From Nanopusillaceae archaeon (GTDB taxonomy: Archaea; Nanobdellota; Nanobdellia; Nanobdellales; Nanobdellaceae): 32,000 nucleotides of DNA. The notes below the pieces were generated by a model. The model was not told where the DNA came from. It made no database searches and saw only the letters and a list, made by a program, of their open reading frames with translations. Positions 31,127 to 32,000 of this stretch are shown here, in pieces. The position numbers were made by a program, and so were the translations under genes. Within the stretch, counting starts at the first letter, position 1. Every line of letters begins with the position of its first letter. The DNA is taken from NCBI GenBank assembly GCA_038735675.1, contig JAVYNJ010000003.1:318-32317 (forward strand). The letters run 5' to 3'.

Positions 31127-32000
31127 ATGTTTGGTTATAATGGCAAGATTTTAAGAATAGACTTATCTAATCAAAAAATAAAAGAGGAGAAAATAGATGA
31201 AAAGATCTTAAAACTTTGGATTGGCGGAAGAGGATTAGGGATATACTATTTTATAAAAGAAGTAGATCCAAAAGTAGATCCTCTTTCAGACAATAATAAA
31301 ATAATTTTTATGATTGGACCTCTTACAGGAATTGCAGGAGCACCTTTACCAGGAAGAGCCATTGCCGTATCAAAATCACCATTGAATAATAGATTATCGT
31401 GGTCTTCAGCTGGAGGAAAATTTGGAACATATCTAAAATTTGCCGGGTATGATGGAATTGTAGTTGAAGGGAAATCTGAAAATCCTGTATATATTTCAAT
31501 AATAGAAAATAAAGTTGAAATTAAAAATGCAAACGAAATATGGGGAAAGACTGTTTTTCAAACTTATGACTATTTATATGAATTGTATAAAAAAGAATAT
31601 AACATCCCGGATGTTTCTATAGCATGTATAGGTCCTGCTGGAGAAAATTTGGTAAAGTATGCTAATATAATGTGCGAAAAATATCATGCATTTGGTAGAA
31701 TGGGATTTGGAAGTATTTTAGGTTATAAAAAAGTTAAAGCCATAGTTGTATATGGAAAAAATAGACCAAAAATATTTAAAGAAAACCTATTTAAAGAGAT
31801 TTCTCTAAAAATTATTAAAAAATTAAAAAATAATGAACTTCTATCAGATTTATCTAAATCTGGTACTTTAGGAATGTTGATATCTAGAATAGGATCTCAG
31901 GGGGCGATACCAACTTATAACTTTTCTGAATATATAAAAATAGATACAGCAAAAATTAAAGAAGAATTTATAAAAAGAATAGATAATCAAAAATCTGTAA
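31127..32000 (+). CDS. aor: Aldehyde:ferredoxin oxidoreductase (canonical AOR family), 3'-truncated by window edge
   Basis: This ORF is not in the track because it runs off the window. My translation from ATG 31127 has no stop through 31999. It reads MFGYNGKILRIDLSNQKIKEEKIDEKILKLWIGGRGLGIYYFIKEVDPKVDPLSDNNKIIFMIGPLTG...AVSKSPLNN...LKFAGYDGIVVEGKSENPVYISI...IGPAGENLVKYANIM...FGRMGFGSILGYKKVKAIVVYG, which is the classic AOR N-terminal domain. Confidence 0.88.
   Translation, partial: MFGYNGKILRIDLSNQKIKEEKIDEKILKLWIGGRGLGIYYFIKEVDPKVDPLSDNNKIIFMIGPLTGIAGAPLPGRAIAVSKSPLNNRLSWSSAGGKFGTYLKFAGYDGIVVEGKSENPVYISIIENKVEIKNANEIWGKTVFQTYDYLYELYKKEYNIPDVSIACIGPAGENLVKYANIMCEKYHAFGRMGFGSILGYKKVKAIVVYGKNRPKIFKENLFKEISLKIIKKLKNNELLSDLSKSGTLGMLISRIGSQGAIPTYNFSEYIKIDTAKIKEEFIKRIDNQKSV

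Noticed and set aside
1-32000. I looked for CRISPR arrays, transposases or integrases, toxin-antitoxin pairs, rRNA genes, and long direct or tandem repeats.
   Set aside because: I saw no regularly spaced repeats, no DDE, tyrosine or serine recombinase motifs, and no rRNA-like GC-rich tracts. The only long repeat noticed is the shared 40-nt core of the two tRNA-Leu genes. An alignment-based self-comparison would be needed to exclude shorter or degenerate repeats.

Overview
This is a very AT-rich archaeal chromosome segment with almost no non-coding DNA. Individual 60-nt lines I counted range from about 12% to 38% GC, and I did not compute a global value. By my coordinates, about 97% of the window is CDS or tRNA.

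Archaeal hallmark genes are present:
- topoisomerase VI B and A
- long-form Hef (helicase plus XPF nuclease)
- TFS, ribosomal protein L31e, Trm1 and a Trm4/NSUN methyltransferase
- a Sec11-type signal peptidase
- an intron-containing tRNA-Tyr with a C1:G72 pair

The four tRNA genes are strikingly GC-rich (tRNA-Val is 48/72 G+C) against AT-rich flanks. That suggests a thermophile with a streamlined genome. I cannot name the lineage from sequence alone.

The left edge carries the only clearly accessory module. It is a translationally coupled Type I R-M operon (hsdS, 5'-truncated; hsdR; a mini DUF45/HExxH protein). It is followed by the largest non-coding gap in the window and then tRNA-Val.

The rest is housekeeping plus a fermentative energy module:
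- a two-subunit 2-oxoacid:ferredoxin oxidoreductase
- an ADP-forming acyl-CoA synthetase beta-like ATP-grasp protein
- two aldehyde:ferredoxin oxidoreductase family genes, one of them divergent

I saw no CRISPR array, transposase, integrase or rRNA. I also saw no convincing new multi-gene defence system.

The most unusual items are:
- the divergent AOR paralogue with an altered Cys motif
- the mini HExxH protein coupled to hsdR
- an orphan NurA-like nuclease
- tRNA oddities: U37 in tRNA-Val, twin tRNA-Leu bodies, and a tRNA-Tyr intron whose gene is overlapped by a convergent CDS
- extreme gene packing, including divergent start codons 3 nt apart

All family assignments rest on motifs read by eye from the translations. 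No database search was run.
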